A stretch of DNA of 63,894 nucleotides, filler included, from Squatina squatina (lineage: Eukaryota): NCBI GenBank assembly GCA_031763465.1. It is 4 parts of 4 records of this genome, joined end to end, with 100 filler letters (N's around TTAATTAATTAA, not from the genome) between each part and the next. Parts side by side here need not be neighbours in the genome. Positions count along the whole stretch, not along the records: positions 34,629 to 50,131 come from JARFOE010000057.1; 3 more parts are not named here. One strand, written 5' to 3'. Below are positions 35,304-48,363 of this stretch, one piece after another. The translations under genes and the position numbers were made by a program. How positions within the stretch are numbered: position 1 is the first letter of the stretch; each line of letters begins with the position of its first letter. The notes below the pieces were generated by a model, which was given only the letters and a program-made list of their open reading frames with translations, searched no databases and was not told the DNA's origin.

Positions 35304-37199
35304 ATTCTTTTCTTCAAAATTATTTGTACTTATTTTTAAAATGTTATTCAGGTGCCTGTGTTAAACAAAAAGAAATCCACACCATCTTGACAGAAACAAT
35401 CAAACAAATGCAACAGCTTCACAAGCGATCGCTTTAACAACAACTGAATTAGTTACTTAATGCATCTGATGATTTGAATACAAGTGCCACAATTTACAGG
35501 TATGCCCTAAATGTAATTAAAGTACTATTTTAAGAAGAAGTCTTTGTTTTATTAGCTGTGGTCAGATGGTTTTATAATCCATGTGCAGTCCATTTTTATC
35601 ATAATTAAAATCCTTTTGAATGCCAAGAAAAAATAATTATTTTTTAAATTATGAGCTATTTCAATCAAGATGAACATATGAATGCATTTCATTATATTTA
35701 AAGGTCAAAATTTTCAGGTAGCATATGTATGTTCATAGGTCACGCCTACACAACACTATTTTTTCCTCTTTATTTCAATTTGTGTTTAACTCTAGATTAG
35801 ATTGGAACAGGTTTTATGGGCTATTTTATATATTGAATCAACCCAATTTACAATTCTGAGTTATTCAGAAGACCAGGAAATATTTTGTGATGATGTGAAA
35901 GTGATGGTGTTCTTAGATGAGGATGGAGATATCTAAACCCCAACAACAGTGCTGTCAATAGCTCCAACACTCTTGTTGTGAGGGGATTTCACTGGTTGTC
36001 TCCAATGACACTGGTATTGGGTCATTTGCCATTAGAGGCAATGCAGTAAAGAAAATGGCATATTTGGGGAGTTTGTGCTGCAGTAGATTGTAGTCACCAT
36101 GATAGTTTTTCCAGTGATGCTGTTTCTCGGTGATCCAGGAATTGAATCTGCCTGAAAAACCTATCAACAAGGTGAAAATAATTCCGAATGGAAAAATGGA
36201 AAAGATAAGTCAGCTATTTGTGGAGGGGACTCACAGATATATGTGTGTGGTTATTCCAATGCTCGGATGGTGTTTCAAGATTGGTTAATTGTAGCTATGG
36301 CTTTAAGGGACACACATAGCTTTCCAAAAGCCAACCTTGTGATGGGCATCCTGAACAAATAACCAGAAAACACATGATCGGTTCAGGAGAAATGTTCATG
36401 TTTTGACCGTAGGCTTTTGACATTGATCAGGAGGATAGTTTATGCAAAACCAAACCAAATTCACCTTAAAAGCCCTAAAGGTTGATATGTCATTTAANNN
36501 NNNNNNNNNNNNNNNNNNNNNNNNNNNNNNNNNNNNNNNNNNNNNNNNNNNNNNNNNNNNNNNNNNNNNNNNNNNNNNNNNNNNNNNNNNNNNNNNNCCA
36601 TCCCTCACTTACCTCAGTTCTTGCAATGGCCTGATATTGAATTACACTTCGTCGGCTAGCTGTTTGCACCCGCCATGTTGGCTCCATTTAAATGAGGTCC
36701 GAGGGCCAATATCAGGGGGTGCCTTGGACCTCAGCCATCAGGTACAATGAATGTCCCCTTCGTCACCCCGTCCCGCACGACCAAAGGAGGGCACGCTGCA
36801 TTCCTACCTCTCACAAGTTTTCAATAATACACAATCGCTAATACAAAACCTATCAGCGTGTAACACATGCTTTATGGTAAATGAAAGTTCTGGACACAGT
36901 GCAATATTTCTACTGAAGTGCTCAACCCTTTTCTAATATGAGTTTTTAACTTTTTATTTACACCAAGCTGGCTTGAAGAAAATTAAATTTACAGATCACA
37001 AAATTCCCTAATGGCAACGTTTTCATCTCACTATCTTTCAGAAAAACAGAGATAATGTCCATGAAGACTTCACATGCAAATAAAAGCAGCCTTAAAACAG
37101 CATTTCTTTAATATTGATGCTTCCTGTAAAATATTTATAATGGCCGTCTCAGCTGTTTATATTGAACTGATGTTTCTTAAGAGACTCAGGTTGGCCAGT

Positions 37200-37352
37200 T
37201 CCTATTCCCATGGTATTCTGTTGCTAATTTTCCCTTAGACCTAATTAACAACTGAGGGGAAATGTGGAGATTAGGCCACTAATTAACGCACAGGGAATTA
37301 CATTAATGAACAACTGGGGAAATCCCATTTACTGCAACTCATTAATGATTGA
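37200..37352. promoter_or_regulatory. Candidate olfactory enhancer/promoter: clustered homeodomain + Ebf(O/E)-like motifs
   Basis: TCCCATGGTA (37206), TAATTAACAACTGAGGGGA (37242), TAATTAACGCACAGGGA (37280), TAATGAACAACTGGGGA (37304) and further TAAT cores. Confidence 0.45.
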
Positions 37353-37863
37353 ATTTGGAAATGTTATGAGATTACTTTTAATTGTTGCCCACTTCACTGT
37401 TGAAGAGCACCTGCTGTATTCTCCTTTGTTCAACACTCATGTTTAAATTGCGATGTAGTTTATTTTCCATATTGGCCTCTTCCCCGGCAACTTTAACCTA
37501 ATGTTCACAGAAAAGAGGCAGCTTTCATTAACAATCTGAGTCCCCTATGAACTGAAACTTATCTGCTTGTTTGCTGTAAACAGGATAGCATTCCACTGGG
37601 CTAACAATTAACCTCATATCATTATGGTATGATGCACCAGAGACCCTATGGGTTGCCAACACACTCGCCTGACCACAACAGAAAGCAGTAAGTACCACAC
37701 TTGCCAGACCACTACATTTAGACTGACACTAAATAAGCATAAAAACACAGAAAGAATCTAGCANNNNNNNNNNNNNNNNNNNNNNNNNNNNNNNNNNNNN
37801 NNNNNNNNNNNNNNNNNNNNNNNNNNNNNNNNNNNNNNNNNNNNNNNNNNNNNNNNNNNNNNN

Positions 37864-38010
37864 CCACAGCTCTTTGGAGTAGAGATTTCCAAAGATTCCC
37901 AACCCTTTGAGTGAAGAAATTCCCCGTCATCTTAGGCTCAAATACCCGACCCCTTATCCCGACACTATGCCCCCTGGTCCAGGACTCTCCAGCCCGAGGA
38001 AACAACCTCT
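37864..38010 (-). mobile_element. CR1-type LINE ORF2 end fragment
   Basis: FPRAGESWTRGHSVGIRGR..FFTQRVGNLWKSL. Confidence 0.8.
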
Positions 38011-40549
38011 CAAATCATAATTATGATCGGCAAAAGTTGATTTCCCAATAGAAGCTCATCATTTGCTTAAGTCTTGTTTATTTAGTTATTAAATCGCTGC
38101 AGTTGAACAAAGCTCTTCTCAAACATTCCCACTGAAAGTATTAAGGCTGTGGAGCCAAGTAAAGCTTGAATCTTAAACATGCATGTCAAAATAAAATGCT
38201 CATTGATTCATGAAATTTTGATGAAAACACTTAGAAATGGCTCCATTAATCATTATATAATTGTTTGGTGTCTTTGTCAAATTTATTAAAGTTTAATTTA
38301 CCAGACATACTCTGCCATTTCTCAAATTCATTAATCGTAATACCTAATCAATTCATTCGCACATTATGAGCAATGAGACCATTACTATATGTTCTAAACA
38401 TTGAGAAAATCTTTGTGGGCAATATTTAAAGTCAATTCAGCTCTATGAAATTCTAAATACATTTTTCTTCTCTCTGTAATTAACAAAATAACTTTAACTA
38501 ACTTGCATTTATAAAGCATGTTCTCAGAACATCTCAAAGCACTTTACAACCAATGGATTACTTCAGAGGGGCTTACAGTCTTGTTATGTGGTGGTGGCAG
38601 ATCATTGTGCTCTTAGAGGCTAGTCTACTGAAAACAGGAATTAGTTAAAACACTGAATTACATTTAAATATTTGATGCTGTGGCTCACCCTGGTATTTGC
38701 TATGGAGAAATCGTATGGTAATGCTCGAAGGCAAGGAAAAGACTTCCCACAGCCCAATACATAATTGAGTTTTTTTATGCGTTCCTGGGATGTGGGCGTC
38801 GCTGGCAAGGCCAGTATTTATTGCCCATCCCTNNNNNNNNNNNNNNNNNNNNNNNNNNNNNNNNNNNNNNNNNNNNNNNNNNNNNNNNNNNNNNNNNNNN
38901 NNNNNNNNNNNNNNNNNNNNNNNNNNNNNNNNTGTAATCCTGGGTGGATCCAAAACATGAAGGGTGGAATTTCAGTTGGAATCCACGTGGATTAAGTCGG
39001 AGCCGGAGATAGTTACTGAGAAAAGAGATGTGGCTGTGAAAGCGAGTTTTGGTAGATACTGTTTTATACTACCGTCCAAAGTCAAATGCCCCCCCACTGT
39101 CCTTTTCTAAAGGGCAAATATAGGAAGAGGAGTCCAAGTCACAACAGACCAGTGCATGGCAAGAACCAGAACCACTGTAATTTTCCAATTAAGAAAATAC
39201 TTCATCATAAAGAAGCTACATAATCACACACTTGAGAAATTAAAAACATTCAGCATAGGAGGAAACACAGAAAATAAACAAGCAGATTGATGTAGAATAA
39301 TTTACAGAAAATTGTGCACAACACAACTCCAGCAAAACTAAAACTCATCCCCGTTTGAAAAAGAAAAATACAACAGAAAGAAAATCACACCTAAGCTTAG
39401 CCCCCAAATGTAAAAGTCCCACAGATCCCTGGGAGAAAATTCAATAACAAAGTTAGACAAGGCAATAATTGAAAATCCAAATAAAATTAGTCACAAGAAA
39501 TATATTAAAATCAAAGACAATGCAACCACCTTAGCAAAACACCCACAGCCTCTCCAGGGATCATTGTGAGGACCCAATTGCTCGCGTTAATTCCAATGAA
39601 TCTTACACAACACCTCTGCCATCACCTCATTAAAAGTTAATAAGCTGCAATGCAGCAGTGAAACCTGACATCAGGGTCATCAATCAAGGATTGGCACCTT
39701 TGAGAATTGGAGATCTGAGATTTTGATTAGACAGTAGCATCAAACTCACAAAGATTGCAACCTGATCTAAACTGACAATGATTCTCCAAAGGGCTTCTAG
39801 TGATGGCTGACCATAGTTTATTGCGACAGGAGATAATAAACTCACTCTAACTTCCGCAATCCTCACTGCTAACCATGGTTTCCGGTTTTAGATTTACAAT
39901 ATTTGACATTGTGGATGGACGAGCTGCCTCATACTTCCTGTACCCCACCAGAAAAGATGCACTTTGCAAAATTGCGACAGTTTTATGCGGTCACTGTAAA
40001 TGTTCATTGTTTGTTCATTGTTTACAATAAAAAGTCTCCCCTATTTCCGATTTTGTGCAGTGTTCCGGTGGGCTGACTTCCCACTTGTCTTCCCATTGGG
40101 CCATGTACTTACTGTAGGTAATACGAAGGTAGGGCTACTGCCAGGTCTGTGCAGTGCCACGCTGAGTCAGCTTCTAAGAGTTGCACAACAGGGGCTCATT
40201 AACTAACACCTCCTTGTCTCCCATGGTGTTGTAGATATGGTGAGCTTGCCTGCAGGCATGGGTGTGCACATAATGGCAGATGAGCACAGAGCCCATCTCC
40301 TTCTGTCTGACTTTCTGCCATCCCTTTCTTGGTGCTCCTCTTCTTCTGCAACACTTTAGAAAGAGCGATTCCCATTTGGAGACCCCTTGGTTCCAGTAAT
40401 GGAGCTGAGGCCAAAATAAAATTGAAACAAAACCCAAGCACCTCTTTANNNNNNNNNNNNNNNNNNNNNNNNNNNNNNNNNNNNNNNNNNNNNNNNNNNN
40501 NNNNNNNNNNNNNNNNNNNNNNNNNNNNNNNNNNNNNNNNNNNNNNNNT

Positions 40550-40742
40550 CCCCCACTCAACATAACAAAACAGATTATCTGGTCATTATTATGTTGCCGT
40601 TGGTGGGAACTTGTGCGCAAATTGGCTGCTGGATTTCCTACTTTACAACAGTGATGACACTCCAAAAAGTACTTCATTGGCTGTATGGTGTTTTGGGATG
40701 TCCAGTGGTTGTGAAAGGCACAATATAAATCCAAGTTTTTTT
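40550..40742 (+). mobile_element. DeuSINE (SacSINE1-like) 3' half
   Basis: CAGATTATCTGGTCATTAT..AAATTGGCTGC..GTACTTCATTGGCTGT..TATAAAT shared with 7108-7432. Confidence 0.7.
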
Positions 40743-41381
40743 TGTGTCAGGCAGTGTGCTTAGAGATGTTGCCCAAATATTTATCAAGTATGGTCCTCTG
40801 CATTGAAAACTGCTCAAACATCTTGGATTTGTGAAACATTTCGGTTGATTTTATTGGAAATATCAAATTCAGCACTGATTTGCAGTCCTCTATGATTACA
40901 ATGCTCTTGCCATTGAGATGCATCAGTATGCTGAATAAAGTAGATTTGATATTTTCAATAAGTACAGGGTTCAGTTGCATATTTCCAAATATTATTGGCT
41001 TCCCAAGCACCACAGATCATATTCATTCATGCTCATTTTCAAAGGAAGGCTCAATTGCAGCTGCCACATCAGCAAGAATGGAATGCACATACTTCTCACA
41101 GCTGATCTTGGATATGCTTGACATTGCGATGAGATCGCTGAGCTTAGACTTTGTGGGGCCGATTTTCATTCTGGATGGACATCGGGTGATTGGTGCCACG
41201 GTGCTGCCTGTCCAATGTCCTCGACAAGAGGACTGAGCCATTTTGATGGCTGGGCCTCATCTGTGTAATATCCAGCTACGACCGCTAAACCAGGGCTCAC
41301 AGGTAGTTTGTAGATGGTGGGGGAGGCGGGGATGAAACTGGAAATCTGGCAGCTGTTCCATGGAACAGAGCCAGACACATT

Positions 41382-42143
41382 GGAACTGAAATTATGATCC
41401 CTCTGGGTCCCCCTGGGTGCATACGATGTTCGCACGCACCCGGGGAGGTGGGGTCCTCGCAAGCTCTGAATCTAGGGCTGCACTGCGCCCGCCTATAGAT
41501 TAGGAACTTGCGGAATCTCAAGATTTTTCTTGACCGATCATCCGCTTCTGCTAAAAAAAGGTTTCCAGGGCGGAGAGTTGTGATATTCCCTCAACTTTTG
41601 CCCGTGGAAATCTCAATTTTTTTTAAAAAAAACATGGAAAAACCAAGCGTACAGAGTTGGTTTTACCAACCTAAGAGTTTTAAAATATGTAAAAAAAAAA
41701 TCAAATAAACTAATGGTACAATACTTAAAAACCATTCCCATGAAGGTAAGTGTGTTTTAGATTTTTTTCTTTAAATTTCTCCCCAAAATGTTGTATTATT
41801 TCTCATGTTTTAATTAAATTTTAATGTTGCAGTAGTTTTTAAAATGTTTCATGTGCTTGTGCAGTTTAGTATCTCCCATTCATACTTTTACAAATCTGCC
41901 ATATATGGAGCAGATCTGTAAAAGCACGAATGGGAGATACTCCTACCTGATAGGGGCCTCCCACGTGATCTCTCCAGTCTTTCCGAAGTGCTTAGAAACA
42001 AGAGAGGCATGCTGCAACTGGCCATCTCAGCAGGCTGAAGAACGCAAAGCTCCGAATCTACCGGACCACCAGGTACTTTCGGATGGATCTTGGCGGTCGG
42101 AGGCCTGCGTCGCAGGAAGGCTCCAGCCACAAATTCAGCTCCC
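41382..42143. mobile_element. Non-autonomous DNA transposon (MITE-like, possibly PIF/Harbinger)
   Basis: Imperfect TIRs GGAACTGAAATTATG / reverse complement GGAGCTGAATTTGTG; GC-rich subterminal arms around an AT-rich core. Confidence 0.45.
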
Positions 42144-44072
42144 TTATGTTCTTAAGTACTTAATTGTTTTTCCTGAATGTTTGGAGAACTGCTTCAAATT
42201 GAAAACTTTCTGCAAATGAAAAGAAACGCAAACAAACCACGATGTGAACTTTAGTCCTTGAGAGAAGTCAAGTTCAACTGGGTTGAGACTGGGATTAAAA
42301 CCTTGGATTCTAAGTAAAAGTTAAGTTCTATGAATCAAGCTTGCTCAATGAAGGTTCAATTCTATGTACCATCAAGAGCTGTCAGGACACTATCTGGGTT
42401 TTTTCTTTCCAAAGCTAACCTCCCTGACCTCCCATTATCTGAGCTCTTTTTTCAGATACTTTTAATTTCCCTGCCCTTTGTCAGCAGTTGGTGTTTGTGG
42501 CTTTGTGATACTGCAGCAGAATTCTCTCCACAATGGACACCAGCCACGTGTTGTGAGCTTTCTTTTGAATTCCATTCAGTACGCAGCAAAACAACTAAAA
42601 ATAGGTTAAGATTCACAACAAAACTGAGGCGTACGAATTGTAAGTCCTCAGCAATGAGACTCTGCTTCAATCACTCAAAGGGGTACAGGTGCAATAATGA
42701 AGCCTTGATAACATCTTCGATGGATGCTCCAAATCTAATTTCAAGCCCAATATAAAAAGATTTAGGGGTGAAAAGTCACGTCGTCTGTGGAGGATAGAAC
42801 TTTGGTCTTGGAAGCAGAGAGATGAAAAACCTGTCAGGTAGAATGGAGGATCAAAAGAACAGAGAATGGAAAAATAAGGATGGCTGGAATCCCTGAAGGG
42901 ACAGAAAAAAATGTTTCTCTCAGATTTCTTTTCAAAGATTAAACACGTTGTAGTTGACTCATGAAAAATAAATCTAATCTAACTTGAACTTGAAAGAAAA
43001 AACTGGTTTGAGAAGATACTTGGTTGACCCCTTGTGTTTCTTAATTAATAGATTACTGCGGTACCGAGAGAGTAGAAACATTTGCAGGATAAAGAGAGAA
43101 ACAAGAGAGGTTGCTTCAGAAGAGCAGCCATTTTAATTAACACTCAGGTCTCTTTGTTCAAAATCTAAAGAATCCTAAACAATATGATCAAATAAAGAGG
43201 CAATAGCACAGCTTGGGTTGATCTCTCAATTCTCTCACCAGTCAGAGTGTGTGTTCTGCAGGTTTTTTTTAACATACAACAGGGGAGATGTCAGATGTTA
43301 AAAACGCGCTGTGTTTTTAAGATGATAGGACTAACATCTTCAATGGATTCAGAAGTTCAAAAAAGAAAAAAAGGAAAGGCTTGCATTTCTATAGCGCCTT
43401 TCATGACCACCGGACATCCCAAAGTGTTTTTACAGTCAATGAATTACTTTTGAAGCGTAGTCACTGTTGTAATTTAGGAAACAATCTAATGTTTTATTTC
43501 TTAGTGCACAGAGCAACAGCAAGTCAATGTGTACAGGAGCAGAGGAAAGCCACTACTGTCTTAGTCAATAAAAATGTTCCTTCATCTGCCAGGCAATAAA
43601 GTACAAAATGCTGCATTTAATGTAGATTTCAGCACTCTTAAAAAACTATTTTAGCATGAACCATAAGGACCAGCTTCGCTTTTGCTAGAATATTTGACAT
43701 AAGATGTGTGTAGAAAAAGTACTGCCTTTTAACTCTGGAATATGAACTCCAATCCAGCCTCATCTCGTCACTCCAAGCAGTAAGGTTGGCAGTGAGAGGA
43801 GAGGCAGGAGCAGCGTCCGGGCGGTAAGTATTTAACAGAGTGCGAGGCTTTTGTTTTTTACAGGCCCCAGGAGCGTACCCCTCTTAGAGACAGATGGCAA
43901 CGTTCCACAGCCACGTCACATTTCAAAAAGTGACGCGGGCCTGAGGAAGCAACTGATTGGTGAGTTAGCCCANNNNNNNNNNNNNNNNNNNNNNNNNNNN
44001 NNNNNNNNNNNNNNNNNNNNNNNNNNNNNNNNNNNNNNNNNNNNNNNNNNNNNNNNNNNNNNNNNNNNNNNN

Positions 44073-44366
44073 ACTTCACCAAGGCCCGAAATAATTGCAG
44101 TAAGACGTCTTTACTCTTGTACTCAAATCCTCTTTTAGTAAAGGCCAACATATCATTTGCTTTCTTAATTGCATGCTGCACCTGCATGTTAGCTTTCAGT
44201 GATTCATGTACAAGATCACCCAGGTCTCCATGAACATCAACATTACCCAATCTCTCACCTTTTAAAAAACACTCTGCATTTCTATTTTTCTTATCAAGGT
44301 GGATAACTTCACATTTTTCCACATTATATTCCATCTGCCATGTTCTTGCCCAATCACTTAGCCTGT
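44073..44366 (-). mobile_element. CR1-type LINE ORF2 fragment
   Basis: RLSDWARTWQMEYNVEKCEVIHL..DLGDLVHESLK..KKANDMLAF..LLQLFRALV. Confidence 0.88.
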
Positions 44367-45327
44367 TTTGTTTTAGCATTTGACCTCTGACTGATTCTGT
44401 GCAAAGTGCCATTAAGGGGTGCAAATCTTTTGCTCCATAATCAATTGCACTTCCTGCGATGGGCATTTTCATTTTTACAAAAGGACAGTGCTGGCCCCAG
44501 CCATTCTTAATGCTATTGTATTACAGGTGTTCTTTATATCCAGTGTTGCTGTGGAAGCAATAATGGAAAATATGATTCACAATGTTACTCCCTCAGTGCA
44601 GCTTTATTTAGTTATCTGCACCCCTTCCTGGGTGGAGACCTCCAGCAAAATGATGCTCGAAGATTACAAGAAGGACAAGATTTTTCTCCCTCACTTGCCG
44701 ATATTAAGCTGGAAAGACATAATAGCTTGACAAGAAAAATCTCTCAAATCAGTTGCACACTATACCTGACTAGCCCTCATTACTCATGATTTATTACTAA
44801 TCTATTACTTTGAAACAGTTCTTTTCTATTTGCCTATATTTCTATAAACCAGTACACAGTCCAAAACCGTTTGTTATCACCATAATTACAGAAATGGAGA
44901 ACAGCCTCGTCTAAAAGAAACTGTTGAAAAGAACAGTTATAATTCGCTCAGAAATAAATCTTTGTCTTGGAAATCCAGCAAACAAATCTACTAATTTTGT
45001 TCAGCGCGCAGGCAATGGCAGATTAATTGCAGCATACTGTGTTCTGCGCAATATTGCCATTGAAAATGTCGCACACATGCTGAGTCCAGAGCCTGCAGCA
45101 GGGCAGGCTCCAGGGAGAAGATGAGAGGGAACGTGAACCCCTTCAAGAAAACCAACCAGTGCCTCAAGTCGCACAGGCGCAAAGGGGCTGATCACCAATT
45201 ATTTCCCTTGAGGTTTGCATGTGACTTTATCTATAAACAGAAGAGCAGAATTCATAACTTATTAAACACGACTGAGCATTTATTTTTGTGTACAAGTCTA
45301 AATGACTTTTTCCTATTATGTGCTTAT

Positions 45328-45660
45328 TATATGAGGGGTTTTGATAGAGTAGATACAGAGAAACTGTTTCCACTGGCAGGAGATGTCGGTAGCTTGAGGA
45401 TACTAATTTAAGATAATTGGCAAAAGAACCACGGGGGAGACGAGAAGAAATTATTTTACGCTGCGGGTTCTGCTCTGGAATGCACTGCCTGAAAGGGTGG
45501 TGGGAAGCAGACTCAATAGTAACTTTTAAAAGGGAATTGAATATATACTTGCAAAGAAAATACTTGCAGGGCTTTGGGGAAAGGGCAGGGGAGTGGGACT
45601 AATTGGATAGCTCTTTCAAAGAGCCAACAGAGGCAGAATTAGTGCTGTGTGCTTCTATGA
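45328..45660 (+). mobile_element. CR1-type LINE 3' end
   Basis: MRGFDRVDTEKLFPL then TFKRELNIYL and a 3'UTR ending TTCTATG. Confidence 0.8.
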
Positions 45661-46842
45661 AGACAATTTTTTATATATTAATTTTACATGGAAAAGTACT
45701 GACAGAAATCTTTCCAGTGTTGAACATTTACATTGATTAATGTAAGTGTGCACAAATGCCTTATATTAAACATATAGCGTGCTGTGGTATTCTTCTCCCC
45801 CCTGTGAATGAGTAGGCTATTATCTTCCTCTTATTCTTAAGTGATGACCATCGGAAGAAGTAGGTGTGGAGGATTCCTAAGAAATCTCCAGAAGACCTCT
45901 TTGTTCTTCTGCTGACCACCTACCTCTGTGTGTTTCAGTCCTAGAGCCTGCCTAAGAGCCGGGATTGGGTTGTCCTATTCTGGCTGTGGGGGCCTGCATG
46001 TTTTGATGTACTTCTCCTGTCAATTGCTTAGAGACAGGTGTCAACAAGAAACTGATGTTGACCTGAGACCGAACCAGCTGTATCTCCACACATTCCTCTA
46101 ATGAAGGTCGGGTCCTGGCTGTTGCCACTGATCTCTACAAATTACATTTTTCGGAACTTTCCCAAAATCTTCAAATATTACTGGCTGACAAACCCTTCGC
46201 AGTCAAATCAAATTGAATTTGCTTATATTTGATGAGCATCTGTATATCATTATCAAGAATAACACTTTGTACTATTCAAACAGTTCTCAATGAAGAAAAC
46301 AACAATGAAAAGAGAGAATTTAAGATGCAACCATTGGTGTGATATTATGATAGTGGGACAAATATTTTATTATAGTTTTTGGAACATGACAGAATTCATC
46401 AGAACAGGAAATTAAAATGCAATCATGTGCTTTAACAATTTCATAATTTCAATATCGTTGTAGGGTACATATTAAAGGAGTACATTTCAAGTTCCTTTAC
46501 CTTGTGCAATATTGTGCTATATTTCATTAAAAAGGTTCAACTGTGTTTAGATATTAATTTGCCATTTTAAGAGGTACAAGGTGTTTTGAGGAAAGCTGTC
46601 ACAATAGAATGAATTATTAAAAGCATCAGCATATTTGAACTAAAATAGTAAAAATTATACTTGTTTCATTAATGGAATATGATTGTATGCAACAACTCAT
46701 CTAGCAGATCAGAACAGATGTCTGCAATCTTACTTGTCTCCACATCAGTGTTTTAATTACAGCCACTTTACAATATTTAGATACAAGTATTGCAATTTTG
46801 TATTCATTGAAGTAAAGCATGCTGATGGAGAATGGACTGAAT

Positions 46843-46998
46843 TCATTGTATTCTGTTTGGCTTGATGACTTTAGCGATACTGTTTGGGTCCTTGCAGGTG
46901 CCAAAGTTAGTGTTCATTATTGAACCAATGATGGATTTATCATCTTCACACTTCAGACCACCTTCACAGGGACATTTGTAATACACGTTATACAGGAG
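46843..46998 (-). CDS. CLPS: Colipase exon 3 (last)
   Basis: Acceptor cctttcag|; LLYNVYYKCPCEGGLKCEDDKSIIGSIMNTNFGTCKDPNSIAKVIKPNRIQ*. Confidence 0.95.
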   Translation of the reverse strand, partial: LLYNVYYKCPCEGGLKCEDDKSIIGSIMNTNFGTCKDPNSIAKVIKPNRIQ

Positions 46999-47580
46999 CT
47001 GAAAGGATAGACATAGTTTCAAGATTTCCTCCATTTCATAAATCCTAAGATTACAGTCACTTACTTTTTTGTAACTGCCAACCAGGGATTGCTGCACATC
47101 AAGATTGTTTGCCATTAACCACATTTTATTCGATATTACAGTGAGTATATTACCGAAATTAAAGTTGGAATTGTTTAAAGGAGGCAATGTACATTTGTAA
47201 AGAATTGACTACAAACTTCAATCATATCCATCTCTCTCCACCCTCAATTGCCAAATCAAAGAGTAGTATTAATGGCAATTCTAAAGAGGTCTTTGGCCCA
47301 GGCTATCCAACCCACCTGCTATTGGCAAAACTGTCGGCCAAAACAAAGGGTCATCGACCCAAAATGGTGACTCTGTTTTTCTCCCCACAGATGCTGCCTG
47401 ACCTGCTGAGTTTTTCCAGCACTTTTTGTTTATATTCTAGATTCCAGCATCCGCAGTATTTTGCTTTTGTAGACCAATATATATATTTTTTATATCAATG
47501 ATCTCATGTGCTTTGCAAAGATGCTTTAAAATAATTTACAGCAATATATAACATAGAATATTGTTGCTGAAGGTGATAGG

Positions 47581-47952
47581 CATGGCTCAGCGGTAGCGCT
47601 CTCGCCTGTGGGTCAGAAGGTTATGAGTTCAAGTCCCACTCCAGAGACTTGAACACAAAATTGAGGCTGACATTAAACTGAGGCCCTGTCTGCTCTCTCA
47701 GGTGGGCATAAGATCCCATTGGACCATTCAAAGAAGAGCAGGAGAGTTCTCCCTAGTGTCCTGGACAATATTTATCCCTCAATCACGAAAAGAAAAACAC
47801 ATTATCTGGTCATTATCACATTGCTATTTGCGGGAACTTGCGGTGTGCAAATTGGCTGTTGCGTTTCCTACATCAAAGCACTTCCTTGGCTGTGAAGCAC
47901 TTCGGGACGGCCAGAGGCAGTGAAAGGCACTACATAAATGCAAATCTTTCTA
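47581..47952 (+). mobile_element. Near full-length DeuSINE (SacSINE1-like) with tRNA-derived head, in CLPS intron 2
   Basis: A-box TGGCTCAGCGG, B-box GAGTTCAAGTCC, Deu domain and ATAAATGCAA tail. Confidence 0.75.
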
Positions 47953-48240
47953 TTTAAAATCATTGAGGTTAGAAGAAACTGATGTAGCAAGATTAATGTA
48001 AAATAGTGCATTTTACACAAGAACAGACATAGATATACTATTTACCATGTTGTTCAAACATCTCTTTACAAAAATAATTACTTTTGGAATATAGGTATTG
48101 CTGTTATGTAGGTGAATAGAGTTCTACAGGAATAATAAACAGCAAAGAGTAACAGAATGATTTCATTCCCCTTGAAAACTGCTGGCTATTTTATTGCGAT
48201 ATTTGTATTAGTGAAACTAACTTTAAACTTGAGTACTTAC

Positions 48241-48363
48241 ATGATCTGAGCATGTGTTTCCTTCAGCACCTTTACTGGCACACCTTGCAAGACTCAGCCC
48301 AGTGTCTCGATGGCAGCAGCTACTCTTGCACTGAAAGCTTCCAACGCACAGCTCTCCATCGCT
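48241..48363 (-). CDS. CLPS: Colipase exon 2
   Basis: AG|...|GTAAGT, 123 nt, phase 0-0: SDGELCVGSFQCKSSCCHRDTGLSLARCASKGAEGNTCSDH. Absent from the ORF track. Confidence 0.95.

Noticed and set aside
35955-36151. Minus-strand acceptor plus ~65 open codons upstream of ORA2
   Set aside because: No recognisable protein motif and a length compatible with chance; at most a UTR exon
41010-41030. Two in-frame TGA codons read as selenocysteine
   Set aside because: No selenoprotein similarity or SECIS-like element seen; decay is the simpler explanation
43858-44472. 204-aa ORF as a host gene (also 56389-56835 and 17283-17711)
   Set aside because: CR1-type LINE ORF2 fragments extended by gaps
47581-47645. 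tRNA gene
   Set aside because: The A/B boxes belong to a SINE head that continues into the Deu domain; no complete cloverleaf
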